Source: Octopus sinensis (Eukaryota). Taken from it: DNA of 64,000 nucleotides. The DNA is taken from positions 25,172,001-25,236,000 of the forward strand of contig NC_043000.1 of NCBI RefSeq assembly GCF_006345805.1. The letters are read 5' to 3'. Made by a program: the position numbers and the translations under genes. This document shows, in pieces, positions 13,064-26,114 of this stretch (position 1 is the first letter of the stretch; every line of letters begins with the position of its first letter). Under the pieces are notes generated by a model. The model was given only the letters and a program-made list of their open reading frames with translations. It was not told the DNA's origin and made no database searches.

Positions 13064-13099
<36 letters not shown>

Positions 13100-13114
<15 letters not shown>

Positions 13115-13485
13115 AAAACGGCAGTTTGTCTGTGTGCGTGTCTGTGTGTCTGTTAGGTTGTACCCTCACCCTGACCACGGCTTTCAACCGATTCTGATGA
13201 AACTTGACACACACATAGCCCAATGTCATAATTCAAAACTAACGCAGCGAAAATTTTGAAAAGTTCCCCCAGTTCTGAAAAAGATCGATAAATTCGACAT
13301 GGGGTCGACAATCAGAAACACAAACCACAGATGGTCTAGGGGACGCAACTCGACCTTTTTAACTCTCAAAAAAATTTACCATCATTTTTTTCCCATTTTT
13401 TTGCTATTTTTTGGCTATAACTCTCTAAAAATGCTTTATAGTTATTTCCCTTACAAACCCGAGCAATGCCGGGCGATACTGCTAG
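13100..13485 (+). mobile_element. Non-autonomous Helitron (short form)
   Basis: Ends CCCGAGCAATGCCGGGCGATACTGCTAG|T; highly similar to 45571-45953; 5' end merges with a TA run. Confidence 0.85.
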
Positions 13486-13712
13486 TTAGTCTTAAATTTT
13501 GGTACGTAGCCAGCAGTTCCAAGGCAGTGGGTAAGTCGATTACATCAGCCTCAGTACTCAATTAGTATTTATTTCATGGACCCCAAAATGACGAAAAGCA
13601 AAAACAGACCACAGCGGAATTTGAACCTCAGAATATAATGACAGACAAAATGCCTCTAACGATTCTGCTGGCAAGCCGTCTTAAATCACTTTATATATTA
13701 TAATATCAGTGA

Positions 13713-14045
13713 AGGCGCATGGCTCAGTGGTTAGAGCGTCGAGCTTACGATCGTGAGGTTGTGAGTTAGAATCCCGGACCGGGCTGCGTGTTGTGTTCTT
13801 GAGCAAGACACTTTATTTCGCGTTGCTCCAGTTCACTCAGCTGTAGAAATGAGTTGCGACGTCAAAGGTGCCAAGCTGTGTTGGCCGTTGCCTTTCCCTT
13901 GGATGACACTGGTGGCGTGGAGAAAAGAGGGCGGTATGCATGGGCGACTGCTGGTCTTCCATAAACAACCTTACCCGGACTTGTACCGGGGCGGGGTAAC
14001 TTCCTAGGCGCAATCCCACGGTCAGTCATGCCCGAAGAGGGTCTC
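13713..14045 (+). mobile_element. tRNA-derived SINE family D with a CORE/V-SINE-like central domain
   Basis: A box TGGCTCAGTGG, B-box-like GAGTTAGAATCC, then GTGTTCTTGAGCAAGACACTT..TGCTCCAGTTCACTCAGCTG. Confidence 0.75.
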
Positions 14046-14420
14046 AGCAATTATAATATCGTTCTAAATAAATTTGATATTTTTTTTATTAGGCTCTGCT
14101 CTTAGACAATGTTTGTCATTGTTAATATAATAAATTGTTTTATATAAATGAAAATTTCGTTCTTAATGTAGATTTCCTACGCCAAAGATCTTGGCAGCCT
14201 TATGTTATTCAACTTTCGATTTCTGCATCTTATATTTGGACAACACCCAATAACATGTCAATAAGTCGAGACAAGGAATTATATTTTCTCTGTTTACTTC
14301 AATATATTAACCATAAACGATTCCCTGTAGTTTCTATTATATTAAATTTCCTATCGTCATCTGATACTTCGTCTACTTATACTGTTTAGCTAGTTTGTTT
14401 ATCATTATTTCTGTTTCGTG

Positions 14421-15260
14421 TGGCGGCGAGCTAGAAGAAAAGCTATAGTGCATCGGACAAAATTTCCAGCGGCATTTCGTCCGCATTTGCGTTGTGAGTT
14501 CAAATTCTGGCGAGCTTGAATTTGCGTTTAATCTTTTCGGGGTCGATAAGATAAGTTTCAATTTGGTAGCGAGCTGTCAGAAACGTTAGCACGCTGGGCG
14601 AAATGCTTAGCGGTATTTTGTCTGCCGTTACGTTCTGAGTTCAAATTCCGCCGAGGTCGACTTTGCCTTTCATTCTTTCGGGGTCGATTAAATAAGTGCC
14701 AGTTATGCATTGGGGTCAATGTAATTGACTTAATCCATTTGTCTGTCCTTGTTTGTCCCCTCTGTGTTTAGCCCCTTGTGGGTAGTAAAGAAATAGGTAT
14801 TTCGTCTGCCGTTACGTTCTGAGTTCAAATTACGCCGAGGTCGACTTTGCCTTTCATCCTTTCGGGGTCGATAAATTAAGTACCAGTTACGCACTGGAGT
14901 CGATGTAACTGATTTAACTTCCTTGTCTGCCCCTCCTCCAAATTTCGGACCTTGTGCCTAGAGTAGAAAAGACATGTTCCAATTGAGCATTGGGGAATGT
15001 AACCAACATACACCCTCCCTCAAAATTGCTGGTCCTACTCTAAAATTAAAAATCATTATTTCTGTTTCGCAAAACCGTTAACTTGCAGAATCTTTAGTAC
15101 GTCGAACAAAATACTTCGCGGCATTTCTCCCGGCTTTGCGTACTGAGTTCAAATCCTGCCGAGGTCGACTTTGCCTTTCATCCTTTTAGGGTCGATAAAA
15201 TAAGTACAAATCAAGTTCTCTGGTCGATTAAACGACTTGTTCCCTCCCATCAAAATTGTA
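14421..15260 (+). mobile_element. Cluster of SINE family B copies (14421-14560, 14566-14975 with two modules, 15070-15260)
   Basis: GGCGAGCTGGCAGAAACGTTAGC..GAGTTCAAATTCCGCCGAGGTCGACTTTGCC family motif. Confidence 0.85.
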
Positions 15261-15832
15261 ACCCTTGTACAAAAATCAGAAAGGGTTGTTTCTGTTTTGT
15301 TCTGGCTTTCGTTTAACAAAGGGGTCGCCAAACTTTTTCGACCAGCGACTCCCTTCGGCCACTTCTACTTCCGCATCGTCCCCTTTAGCCAGTTCTTCCG
15401 CATCGACTCCCTCTAGACACTTCTCTTTCTACATAGACCTCCTTCTGCCACTTCTTCCACATCAACCCCCGTTAACCACTTTTCCTTCAGCATCGACCAC
15501 CCACCTCATTTAAAATACATTAATACCCTACCCTACCCTACCATATCTAAAATGGTACTGATGCTGGCCCTTAAAATGTCAGCTAAAATATACATATACG
15601 ACAAATTAAGAAATTCTATTCAAGATGACACGCTTTTTACGTTTAAAACGATGTGTATGAGTATACAGTATTAAACATTCAGTTTTTATTAGTTTGTTTT
15701 CGCGGTTAGAAAATGTGAAAAATGCATCATATTGCTGGAATATCTTTTATTGAAACTAATAACATCAATGTGAGTTATGAGCATGGTGATCCTGAATCAA
15801 GGCATTGCTATCAGGCTGAATGTTACTCTTTT

Positions 15833-16207
15833 AATTATTTCAGTCGTTTGATTGTGGCCATGCTGGAGCACCACATTTAGTCGAGCAAATCGACCCCAGG
15901 ACTTATTCTTTGTAAGCTTCGTACTTATTCTATCGGTCTCTTTTGCTGAACCGCTAAGTTACGGGGACGTTAACACACCAGCATCGGTTGTCAAGCGATG
16001 TTGAGGGGACAAACACAGACACACAAACACACACACATACATATATACGACGGGCTTCTTTCAGTTTCCGTCTACCAAATCCACTCACAAGTCTTTGGTC
16101 GGCTCGAGGCTATAGTAGAAGACACTCACCCAAGGTGCCACGCAGTGGGACTGAACCCGGAACCATGTAGTTCGTAAGCAAGCTACTTACTACACAGCCA
16201 CTCCTTC
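15833..16207 (-). mobile_element. SINE family A, full length
   Basis: Head, (CA) linker and tail, as at 38.0, 50.6 and 53.7 kb. Confidence 0.85.
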
Positions 16208-16730
16208 GCCTGGCCAGTTTCAGTCTCAAATCACCTCGTTCCTCCAGGTTCAGGCCATTTCTATAAGCAAACACTTGACAGTTCGCATCCCCTCAATCAC
16301 ACCTCCCAATCTTCGATTACGATACAGATTACGACATCATTGACTAAGCATTTCAAGCAGTTCATCTGGCTGAACTGGTCCTTCGCACGCCAAACCCTAT
16401 TCGACTCCTAGGCTATCTTCGACCCGTTGTAATTGCACACCGACCCCTGGTTTAACAGAAATCTTTCATCTATAGGGCATAAAGAAATTAGAAATTGCCA
16501 AAATCAAATTCCGATTTAACACTGAGAATGAATTACATTTACATGTTGATATGATATCACCCGTACTTTTTTCCTATCTAGAACTGTACTTATTAAAGTA
16601 CAGCACTTGTCATTACCTGCCTGTATTTACCGCTGTTTCGCTGTTAACCCGTGCTTACCAAGAAACGGTAAGCAGAACAAGTTCTGATCAAGAAATAGTA
16701 AAAAAAAAAGTACTAATGTGTGTTTGTATT

Positions 16731-16772
<42 letters not shown>

Positions 16773-17189
16773 CGCGCGCGTGTATGTACATGTGTGTGTG
16801 AGTGTGTATGTATGTATATGTGTGTGTGGGGTGTATGTTTGTGTGTATGTATGTATATATATGTGTGTATGTACTATACGGACACACAAATATGTGTCTA
16901 CGTATTTATTTAAACGAATCTGTTCTTTTACAGAAGCAATCGTCAAAACTTTGCTGGATAAACAATATTATTTTCACAAGCAAGTAACAGCAAGAACAGC
17001 AACAACAAGGACAGAGGCAACAACAATAGCTGCGGCAGCAACAGCAGCAGCAAGAACAACAACAACAGCAGCAGCAGCAGCGAGTGATATGTTGCAGACA
17101 GGCTATTTTTGATCTGACGCCCACACTTTTGGGTTTTGGATATCAGGGAAGTTTTGCTTAAAAGAATAAACAATGAGAAAGAAGAGAAA

Positions 17190-17560
17190 CATTGATGATG
17201 ATGATGATGATGAGTATGATGATGATGATGATGATAATGATTATGATGATGATGAGTATGATGATGATGATGATGATGATGATGATAATGATTATGATGA
17301 TGATGAGTATGATGATGATGATGATGATGATGATAATGATTATGATGATGATGAGTATGATGATGATGATGATGATGATAATGATTATGATGATGATGAG
17401 TATGATGATGATGATGATGATAATGATTATGATGATGATGAGTATGATTATGAGGATTCTGATGATGACGACGACGACGACGACGATGAGGACTGTGACG
17501 ACGATGAGGACTGTGACGACGACGACGACGATAAGGAGGATAATAATAACAGAAGTAAGG
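17190..17560 (+). repeat. Higher-order (GAT)n repeat, unit (GAT)3 GAG TAT (GAT)n AAT GAT TAT
   Basis: About five units, direct reading. Confidence 0.9.
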
Positions 17561-17658
17561 AGGAGAAAGAGGAATGTAGCGCATGTGGAAAGGACGGTTA
17601 GAAATAGCAGCAGCATTAGCAGCAGCAGCACCACCAGCAGCAGCAGCAGCAGACTCAC

Positions 17659-17670
17659 TTGTATGACACT
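17659..17670 (-). other. Candidate 12-nt microexon AGTGTCATACAA
   Basis: Minus strand: TTAAC-TCTCTAATCTGTTTCCAG | AGTGTCATACAA | GTGAGT followed by a (CTG)n-rich tract. Confidence 0.35.
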
Positions 17671-18309
17671 CTGGAAACAGATTAGAGAGTTAATGCTGTG
17701 TTTCACGAGAAAAGAATGAGTTTTATCATCTTTGTTATGGAGAGAATGATAAGATGAAGTACATTAGCGAGTGCACGGGAAATTAGATAGGGAAAATGTA
17801 AATATATATATAGAGTGTTATTACACAAACTATATATCGATTGCAGATGATCATATCTGAATATGAGCAACGCTTCCTAAGTTTTTTTTTATTTTGACTA
17901 GTTGCTTACTTTTTTCGGTTGTTTCTTTTCATCTTAAAGAACTCAGTTATGACTGTTTTGGCATTGTAAACATTTCTCTTGTTGATACATATTTCCAAAG
18001 TGTAGAAGCAGTATTTCAGTTCTATAAATCGAACCCGATGAAATAAAACAAAAGATAAATACGCAAATCAAAGTTGATTGTTATTTTTATGGAAGAGCAA
18101 GCGAGGAAATTCTATAAATTATTTAATGATATCACATGACCCAATAAAGCTTCCAGCACTCATACAATAATGCAAAGAGAATGTAATCGCACTGGATCAA
18201 CAACAGATAGCAGTGGGGAAAAAAAAACATCATTTGGAGATTGGGAAAACTCCATTCCCGTTGTCGATTGTTGATCATGAAAATGGTTCCTGTATGTATG
18301 CATGTTTTT

Positions 18310-18332
18310 TTATATACATAATATATATACAG

Positions 18333-18364
<32 letters not shown>

Positions 18365-18490
18365 TATATATTATACATGCATACATACAAACATACATAT
18401 ATGTATGTATGCATATATATATATATAATATATATATATAATATATATATATACATGCATACATACAAACATACATATATGTATGTATGC

Positions 18491-18535
<45 letters not shown>

Positions 18536-18680
18536 GCATACATACAAACATACATATATGTGTGTATGCATATATATATATATACATGCATACATAAACA
18601 TACATATATGTATGTATGCATATATGTATATATATATATAGATATATATATATATATATCTATATATAATATATATACAA
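18310..18680. repeat. Compound minisatellite, unit ACATGCATACATACAAACATACATATATGTATGTATGCAT(TA)n
   Basis: Four to five units, direct reading. Confidence 0.85.
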
Positions 18681-18863
18681 GCATAGCATGGTTCCGGGTT
18701 CAGTCCCATTGCGTGGCACCTGGGGCAGGGGTCTCTACTATAGCTTCCGGCCGATCAAAGCCTTGTAAGTGGATTTGGTAGACGGAAACGGAAAAAAACG
18801 CGTCGTATATGTGTGTGTGTGTATGTGTGTACATATACATACATATATGTATGTATATCTATG

Positions 18864-18947
<84 letters not shown>

Positions 18948-19614
18948 ATATATTATATATATATATATAGTGTATGTATATGTATGTATGACACACATAT
19001 ATATATGCGCTCGAAATACGGAGTAGAGAAACCGCCGACAACTGATGAAGGGTCGATCTTTATGTTGCTTGTCTTCTTTTCCATTTCTTTCTTTCGTTGT
19101 TCGCAAAAGAAAGTTTGTATTCCATGTTTTCGTATTCTGAATTTCATGTTGTTTACGCTCCGTGACGTTCTGTGCACATATGTGCATATATATATATACA
19201 TGTATATGCAAGTATGTACATATATGCATGTATAAATGCATATATATATTATTAATATTATTATATGATTGGACGCCACACATCCATTTCCAAGTGAGTT
19301 TTATCTATATATACTGTTTATATATATATATAGATAAAACTTACTTAGAAATGGATGCGTGGCGTTCGATCATATAATAACATAAATAATATATAAATGT
19401 ATGCATATATACATACATATATGTACATATCTACATCTATATGTATATATACATTCATATATGGGTACAGGACACCAAAAAACGTTGAACACAATGAGAA
19501 ACGAAAACATAAAAACAAAAACATGGAAACGAACTTTTTTTCAAGCAACGAAAAAACAGAGTAGAAGGGATACAACACAAGGAATATTCCCCTTCTTCAA
19601 TTGTCCCTGTTTCG

Positions 19615-19775
19615 CCTACTCCACGTTCCCTCGAAAGAAAGTTGTGGTGAAAGAGTACAGCAGAGTTCGCCACCACCACCCTGCCGGAGCCTCGTGTTTT
19701 CACTCAATAAACACTCACAACGCCCGGTCTGGGAATCGAATCCACTGCCCTAACCATTAGGCCATTGCGCCTCCA
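19615..19775 (-). mobile_element. SINE family C, partial
   Basis: Head and body homology to 27005-27305. Confidence 0.75.
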
Positions 19776-19805
19776 CGGTAGCTATTATTTTTATTTTATA
19801 TTGTA

Positions 19806-21054
19806 CTAGCAGAGGTACCTGGCGTTGCCCGGATTGTGAACGCTTCGTCTTTCTAAGAACATTTATTTTCTAGTCTAAATAACAAGCGCTACCGAAGCGT
19901 TATTTTTTTTTTGAAACACGTACAGAATTCTACGCCAAAACGTACCAAAATTCAATAAAGCGTATAAAATATTTTTAAAAGAAATCACAACCGGAAAAAT
20001 AGAGAAAAATTCCGGTTTTTCTTTGAAAAATTGAAATATAGGGGTGCATAATGACTTGAAATTGATGAAAATACATATAAGAAACAAAGGATATGGAATG
20101 GCACGCACTTCTTCGTTCTCTGAATTTCGCGCAACAGCAGTTGCTGTAGCGTTCCTAGCATGGCGAATGGTGCGATGATTTTTTTTCTCTGCAGTTTGCG
20201 CAGCAACAGTTGCTGTAGCATTCCTGACATGGCGAATGGCATGCTGTTCTTCATTCTCTGCAGCTCGCGCAGCAGCAGTTGCTGTAGCGTTGCTAGCATG
20301 GCGAATGGCACAATGATTTTTTTTATCTGCAGTTCGCTCAGCGAGGATTGCTGTAGCATTCCTGACATGGCACGATGTTCTTTGTTCTCTGCAGATCGCT
20401 CGGCAGCAGCTGGTGTAGCATTCGTGACATGGCGAATGGCACGATGTCCTTTGTCCTCTGCAGATCACGAAGCAGTCGTTGCCGTAGCATTCCTGGCATG
20501 GAGAATGCGGACTCAGGTTAGCGCGTACTGAAGCAGTTAATGAACCATATCTAATCTGTCGAGTGGTACGCTCCTCCTCGCTTTCTACTATTCTTGCGGT
20601 GACTGTGGAAGCAGCATATTCTGAATGTTTTCGTGCAGTCTCATATGAAGAGTCATTTGCTCTGCCTGTCTTCGATATCTCTACTGCGGCGGTTTTGCGA
20701 CCAATACTGGCTCTTTTCTTAGGTGGGATTATCTCAGAGTTCAGAAGCTTCCATTACAAAATGCAGATGTGGCAAAAGTAAATTTAAATAAACAGAGTGC
20801 AAAAAATCTAGGGATAGAAAACAGAGAAAATCGGTTTAAATTGCAGAAGTTTTAGCGAAAAATCCGTTTAAAACAACTTTTTGCCCGGTCTCTCGCTTTA
20901 AGCGGGAGCTCTGGGCAAAATATTATAGTGCATGACCATCCTTGACACATAAGTAATGTGTGTGTAAAGTTTGGTGAAAATCGGTTGAAAACTGTAGAAA
21001 TGCATAGTACTACACACACACATTCACACACATCCTTTGTTTTATATATAGAGA
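19806..21054 (-). mobile_element. Non-autonomous Helitron retaining the RepHel N-terminus (STPR-like 23-aa repeats)
   Basis: 5' TCTCTATATATAAAAC (~21054); 3' hairpin + CTAG (19806-19809); internal frame (I)PPKKRASIGRK..ESEEERTTRQIRYGSLTASVRAN..; 69-bp tandem units at 20100-20500. Confidence 0.75.
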
Positions 21055-21065
21055 CTATCTTTTAT

Positions 21066-21282
21066 CTTTTATTTGTTTCAATCATTAGACTGCAACCATG
21101 CTAGAGCAGCGGCTTCAAGAGTTTTCAGTCGAATGAATCGATCCCAGTATTATTTATAAGAGCCCGGTATTTATTCTACCAGTGTCTTTTGTCGAGCCGC
21201 TAAGTAACGGAGACATAAATAAGCCAACAATGGTTGTCAGGGATGACGGGAGACAAACACAAACACAGGATCACTGACTCGT

Positions 21283-21341
<59 letters not shown>

Positions 21342-21490
21342 TACACACACACATATATATATACGACGGGCTTCTTTTAGTTTCTGCCTACCAAATCCAC
21401 CAACAAGGCTTTGGTTGTCTCGAGGCTATAGTAGAAGATACTTTCCCGAGGTACCACACAGTGGAACTGAACCCGGAACCATATGGTTGG
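21066..21490 (-). mobile_element. SINE family A
   Basis: Family homology. Confidence 0.8.
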
Positions 21491-22346
21491 GAGCCATTTG
21501 TATGATATATATACCTGTCATGTGACGGTAACTTTAAAAGTGTACTTTTACCACCTTGGATAATACCAGGAAATATGGCAAGGCATACCTTAAATGTAAT
21601 TTAACTTTTATCTAATTTTATGGTGCTCAAAATGATGAAATGAATACTAATTATCAGAAAGAAAATATTTATTACCATAAAATGATATAAAATAAAACAA
21701 ATTTCTCATTTTCATAACTCCTTCCGTAACTGCTTTGTCATTTGCTTCCTTACTTTCTCATTCTGTCTCCAAGCCTTGTATGTGCTCACATCATTCATCT
21801 CTTACGTTAACCCTCTCTCCGCTTCTCTTCTCTTTACATGATGTTACGTGTGACTAGAGAATTCAACCAACCAATCAAACAACCAACTAACATTATTGCC
21901 GGCTTTTATAATTAAAAGATATCGTTAGTAGCCATAGTATATTATATTTTGTACTGTATTAAGCTGATGAGCCCATAGAATTGTTAGAAGATCGGAAACA
22001 AACTCTTCCTTATTTCTTCCGGCTCTTTACATACTGAGTTTAAATTCCACTGAAGTCCAGTGCCTTTCATCCATCCAGCCTCGACAATTTACAGATTCGT
22101 TCAGCTCCCATTATCCAACCAGTCAGCAGTAAAACGGGAGCTATTTTATTTATAAGACTATAACGTGCTGCGTGAACCAGTTCAGGTGCAAATTCAATCT
22201 TTGGTTGGTTCACATAATCTGACTGCCTCCTTCGATGTTACGAGCTTCTCCTGGCTCATTCGATACCATCCATCGATCCATTTTCTCTGCCCGCTATTCC
22301 TGGAAAAGTGGAGTTCTTAACACCTCCTTCTTAAGCCACTGTCATT

Positions 22347-22647
22347 ACATGGCGAATGGCATGCTGTTCTTCATTCTCTGCAGCTCGCGCAGCAGCAGTT
22401 GCTGTAGCGTTACTAGCATGGCGAATGGCACAATGATTTTTATCTGCAGTTCGCTCAGCGAGGATTGCTGTAGCATTCCTGACATGGCACGATGTTCTTT
22501 GTTCTCTGCAGATCGCTCGGCAGCAGCTGGTGTAGCATTCGTGACATGGCGAATGGTACGATGTCCTTTGTCCTCTGCAGATCACGAAGCAGCCGTTGCC
22601 GTAGCATTCCTGGCATGGAGAATGCGCTGACTCAGGTTAGCGCGTAC
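22347..22647 (-). repeat. Isolated 301-bp copy of the Helitron 69-bp repeat region
   Basis: Near-identical to 20227-20528, including the same 7-bp deletion; no Helitron ends. Confidence 0.9.
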
Positions 22648-23134
22648 ATCCCAAGTGAAGCCGACTGTGATTATGGATACTGTCCAAGCATCTCGTTCTT
22701 GATTTATCCTGAGCTTTCATGTCGGTTGGCTCGGCTTAAAGAATCCGTCTTGCGATCATTTCCTGCAACATTCTAATCACATGCACTTAGTAAGGGTGCT
22801 GTGACTTCTCAATGCGAAGAATTAGTGGCCGGACTTGGTGATAATCACTGATCTCCGAGCTACGCACCCTGTCGAGTAAAGTTGCTCCCGAGATCCTTCG
22901 GAGAAAACCCCATTTCAGCAAAATGCTTAGCGGTATTTCGTCTGTCTTTACGTTGAGTTCAAATTCCGTTGAGGTTGACCTTGCATCTCATCCTTTCGGG
23001 TTCGATAAATTAAATACCAGTTGCGCACAGGGATCGATCAAATCGACTGGAAAAAAATTATTAACTTTCGAGCCTTGTGCAGGAAAGAATATATTATAGC
23101 AGTATTGTTATAGTTGTACTATATAATATATAGG

Positions 23135-23465
23135 TGGAGGCTCAATGGCCCAGTGGTTAGGGCAGCGGACTCGTGGTCGCAGGATTGCGGTTTCGATTCC
23201 CATACCGGACGTTGTGAGTGTTTATTGAGCGAAAACACCTAAAACCTCCACGAAGTTCCGGCAGGAGGTGGTGTCGAACCCTGCTCTACTCTGACACCAC
23301 AACTTTCTCTCTTTCATCCTGTTTCTGTTGTACTTGTATTTCTCCCCGAGAACTATGTTAAGGGTACACGTGTCTGTGGGTTGCTCAGCCACTTGCACGT
23401 TAATTTCACGAGAAGGCTGTGATCGGATCAGCTGGAACCTTCATCGTCGTAACCGACGAACTGCC
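23135..23465 (+). mobile_element. SINE family C with a distinct 3' tail
   Basis: GGAGGCTCAATGGCCCAGTGGTTAGGGCAGCGGACTCG head. Confidence 0.8.
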
Positions 23466-23689
23466 ACGATATTGCATATAGTTGTATTATATGATATATC
23501 ATAGCTGTGTTATATAATGTATTATAGTTGTAGTACATTGATATTTTCCATTGCTATTTTATTGTATCAAACCACACACACACAAAAGGAAGTTTAAATC
23601 GACCGGAAGTAATGCTATTCAGAAAATAATGTTATTGGTTTATTTTATTGCGTTTGTTCCTATCCGTGCGGTTGTGTGTGTATGTATGT

Positions 23690-24156
<467 letters not shown>

Positions 24157-24401
24157 AATGTGGGTGAAAAATTAGACATTAATTTAATAATACCGTCAGT
24201 TTAACACCAAGTGGCCTAGCACATAGAAATCAGGGAGACAGTACAAATTTATACATAAATATAAGAGAGTTAACGGTAAGTAGCTAACTCTAGTGCTAGA
24301 AATAGCTCCTTATTCTGGTATAGCCACCGAAGATTGTTTCCACAGAAGAAATAACATTACCTTCTGTGTGATTATAAATGCATAAATATCCCTTCTTCAA
24401 T

Positions 24402-24780
24402 AGGCACAAGGCCTGAAATTTGGGAGACGGGCTAGTCGAGTAGATCGGACCCCCAGTACACAACCGGTACTTAATTTATCGACCACCTTCTATGAATGCA
24501 TAAATATCAATTTGATTATGTCTTTTCGTGTTTACGCGTGCGCATAAGTTTGTATATATTTATTTCTGTATTGCCCACAGGGGTCTATCTAAACATAGAG
24601 GGGACAAACAAGGACAAACAATGGGATTAAGCCGATTACATCGAACCCATTGCATAACTGGTATTTATTTAATCGACTCCGAAAGGATGATAAGCAAATT
24701 CGACCTCGGCGGAACTTGAACTCAGAACGTAATGACGGGCGAAATACTGCAAAGTATTTCTGCCAGCTCGCCGCCGAACA
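24402..24780 (-). mobile_element. SINE family B, rearranged
   Basis: Family homology. Confidence 0.75.
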
Positions 24781-24792
24781 ATAATAATAATG

Positions 24793-24835
<43 letters not shown>

Positions 24836-24849
24836 TAATAATGTTATAT

Positions 24850-24920
24850 TTTAGTCCAATCTGTCCTACTATGGTGTGTATCCGTGTAAGGATACACACT
24901 ATAAGACAGAATGGACTAAA
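24850..24920. other. 71-nt imperfect hairpin of pre-miRNA size
   Basis: 14 bp + 4x1 internal loop + 6 bp + 1x1 mismatch + 9 bp, loop GTGTAA (paired by hand). Confidence 0.4.
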
Positions 24921-26114
24921 CAGAACAGGAGATACGTGGGATGGAGAGTCGCTGAAGAGGTCACAAGTGTGTGATGAAAGACAGTAAAATAAGAACAATA
25001 ATAAATCTGAAGTGAAGAACGAATATAATGTGTGTGTGTGTTTGTTAGGCAAAAACAAAATGACCGTCCCAAAATATAACAACATCTGTTTCAATCCACG
25101 ATTTCACATCAAGAATCTTACGAAACAAATGCATAAACATATAGATAATAGTCTTTTCTTTTACTGGGACAAAGCCCAACATTTTGAGGAAGGCGGGGGG
25201 GGCTAGTCGATTACAACGACCCCAGTACTTGACTGGCACTTATTCTATCAACATCGAAAGAACGAACAGCTGAAAGAAATGCTACTTAGCATTTTATCCG
25301 GCGCGACTGATTCGAAATATAGGCATTAGGCCAGCAATGGCCCTCAGTATTTTATACAAGAAAGGAATTTGATCGAAAATGGCATCAGTCCAGCAATTTT
25401 GCAGGGAACAGGATTGTTAATTTTATTTATCTGGTAGTTCATTTTTTTATTGACCCCGAAAGGTTAAAGGCAAAGTTGATCTCAGGAGGATTTGAACTCA
25501 GAACGTCCAGAAATGACGCTCAGTATTTTATACAAGAGAGGAATTTGATCGGAAATGTTAAAATTAGGTATAACATAATTACTATTACAAAACCAAAAAG
25601 AAAGAAAAATTAAAAAGAAACATCTGTTTTGACAAAAATTTCATTTTGTGAACTCTTACTATTCTTGTCCTCCAGAGATTTTTAGGTAAAAAAAAAAAAA
25701 AAAAACGATTACAACAATCGCTATGATATTATAATGAGACCCTGCTAATGTTTCAAATACAGATATGCTTGCAAAAACAAACATGGAATAGGATAATTTC
25801 ATTCATTTCAATTAAGTTTCATTATTAATTTACTGTGCGCTATTCGAAATAATCAAACGTTATGTTTTAATCGCACGAGACTTGAAAAATAGAGTAAGTT
25901 ACTAATTTTCTGTTTTGAAAAGAAGTTTCTTTTATGTTCGAAATTCGTTTTTATGAAACAAAGACTAATATGAAATTTTCAGATTTTGGCCTATTTCGTT
26001 AGATTGTCAAAACCAATTTTATTGTTTGTTCGGCGGAAAACCGGAATTTTCTGATGGCTCTCTATTTTCTAGAATGGTCATTTGTGTGACGAAATTACTT
26101 TTGTTAGCAATATA

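Noticed and set aside
16210-16450. CEGPVQPDELLEML, similar to the Tx1 linker
   Set aside because: A single short motif among stops; too weak to call.
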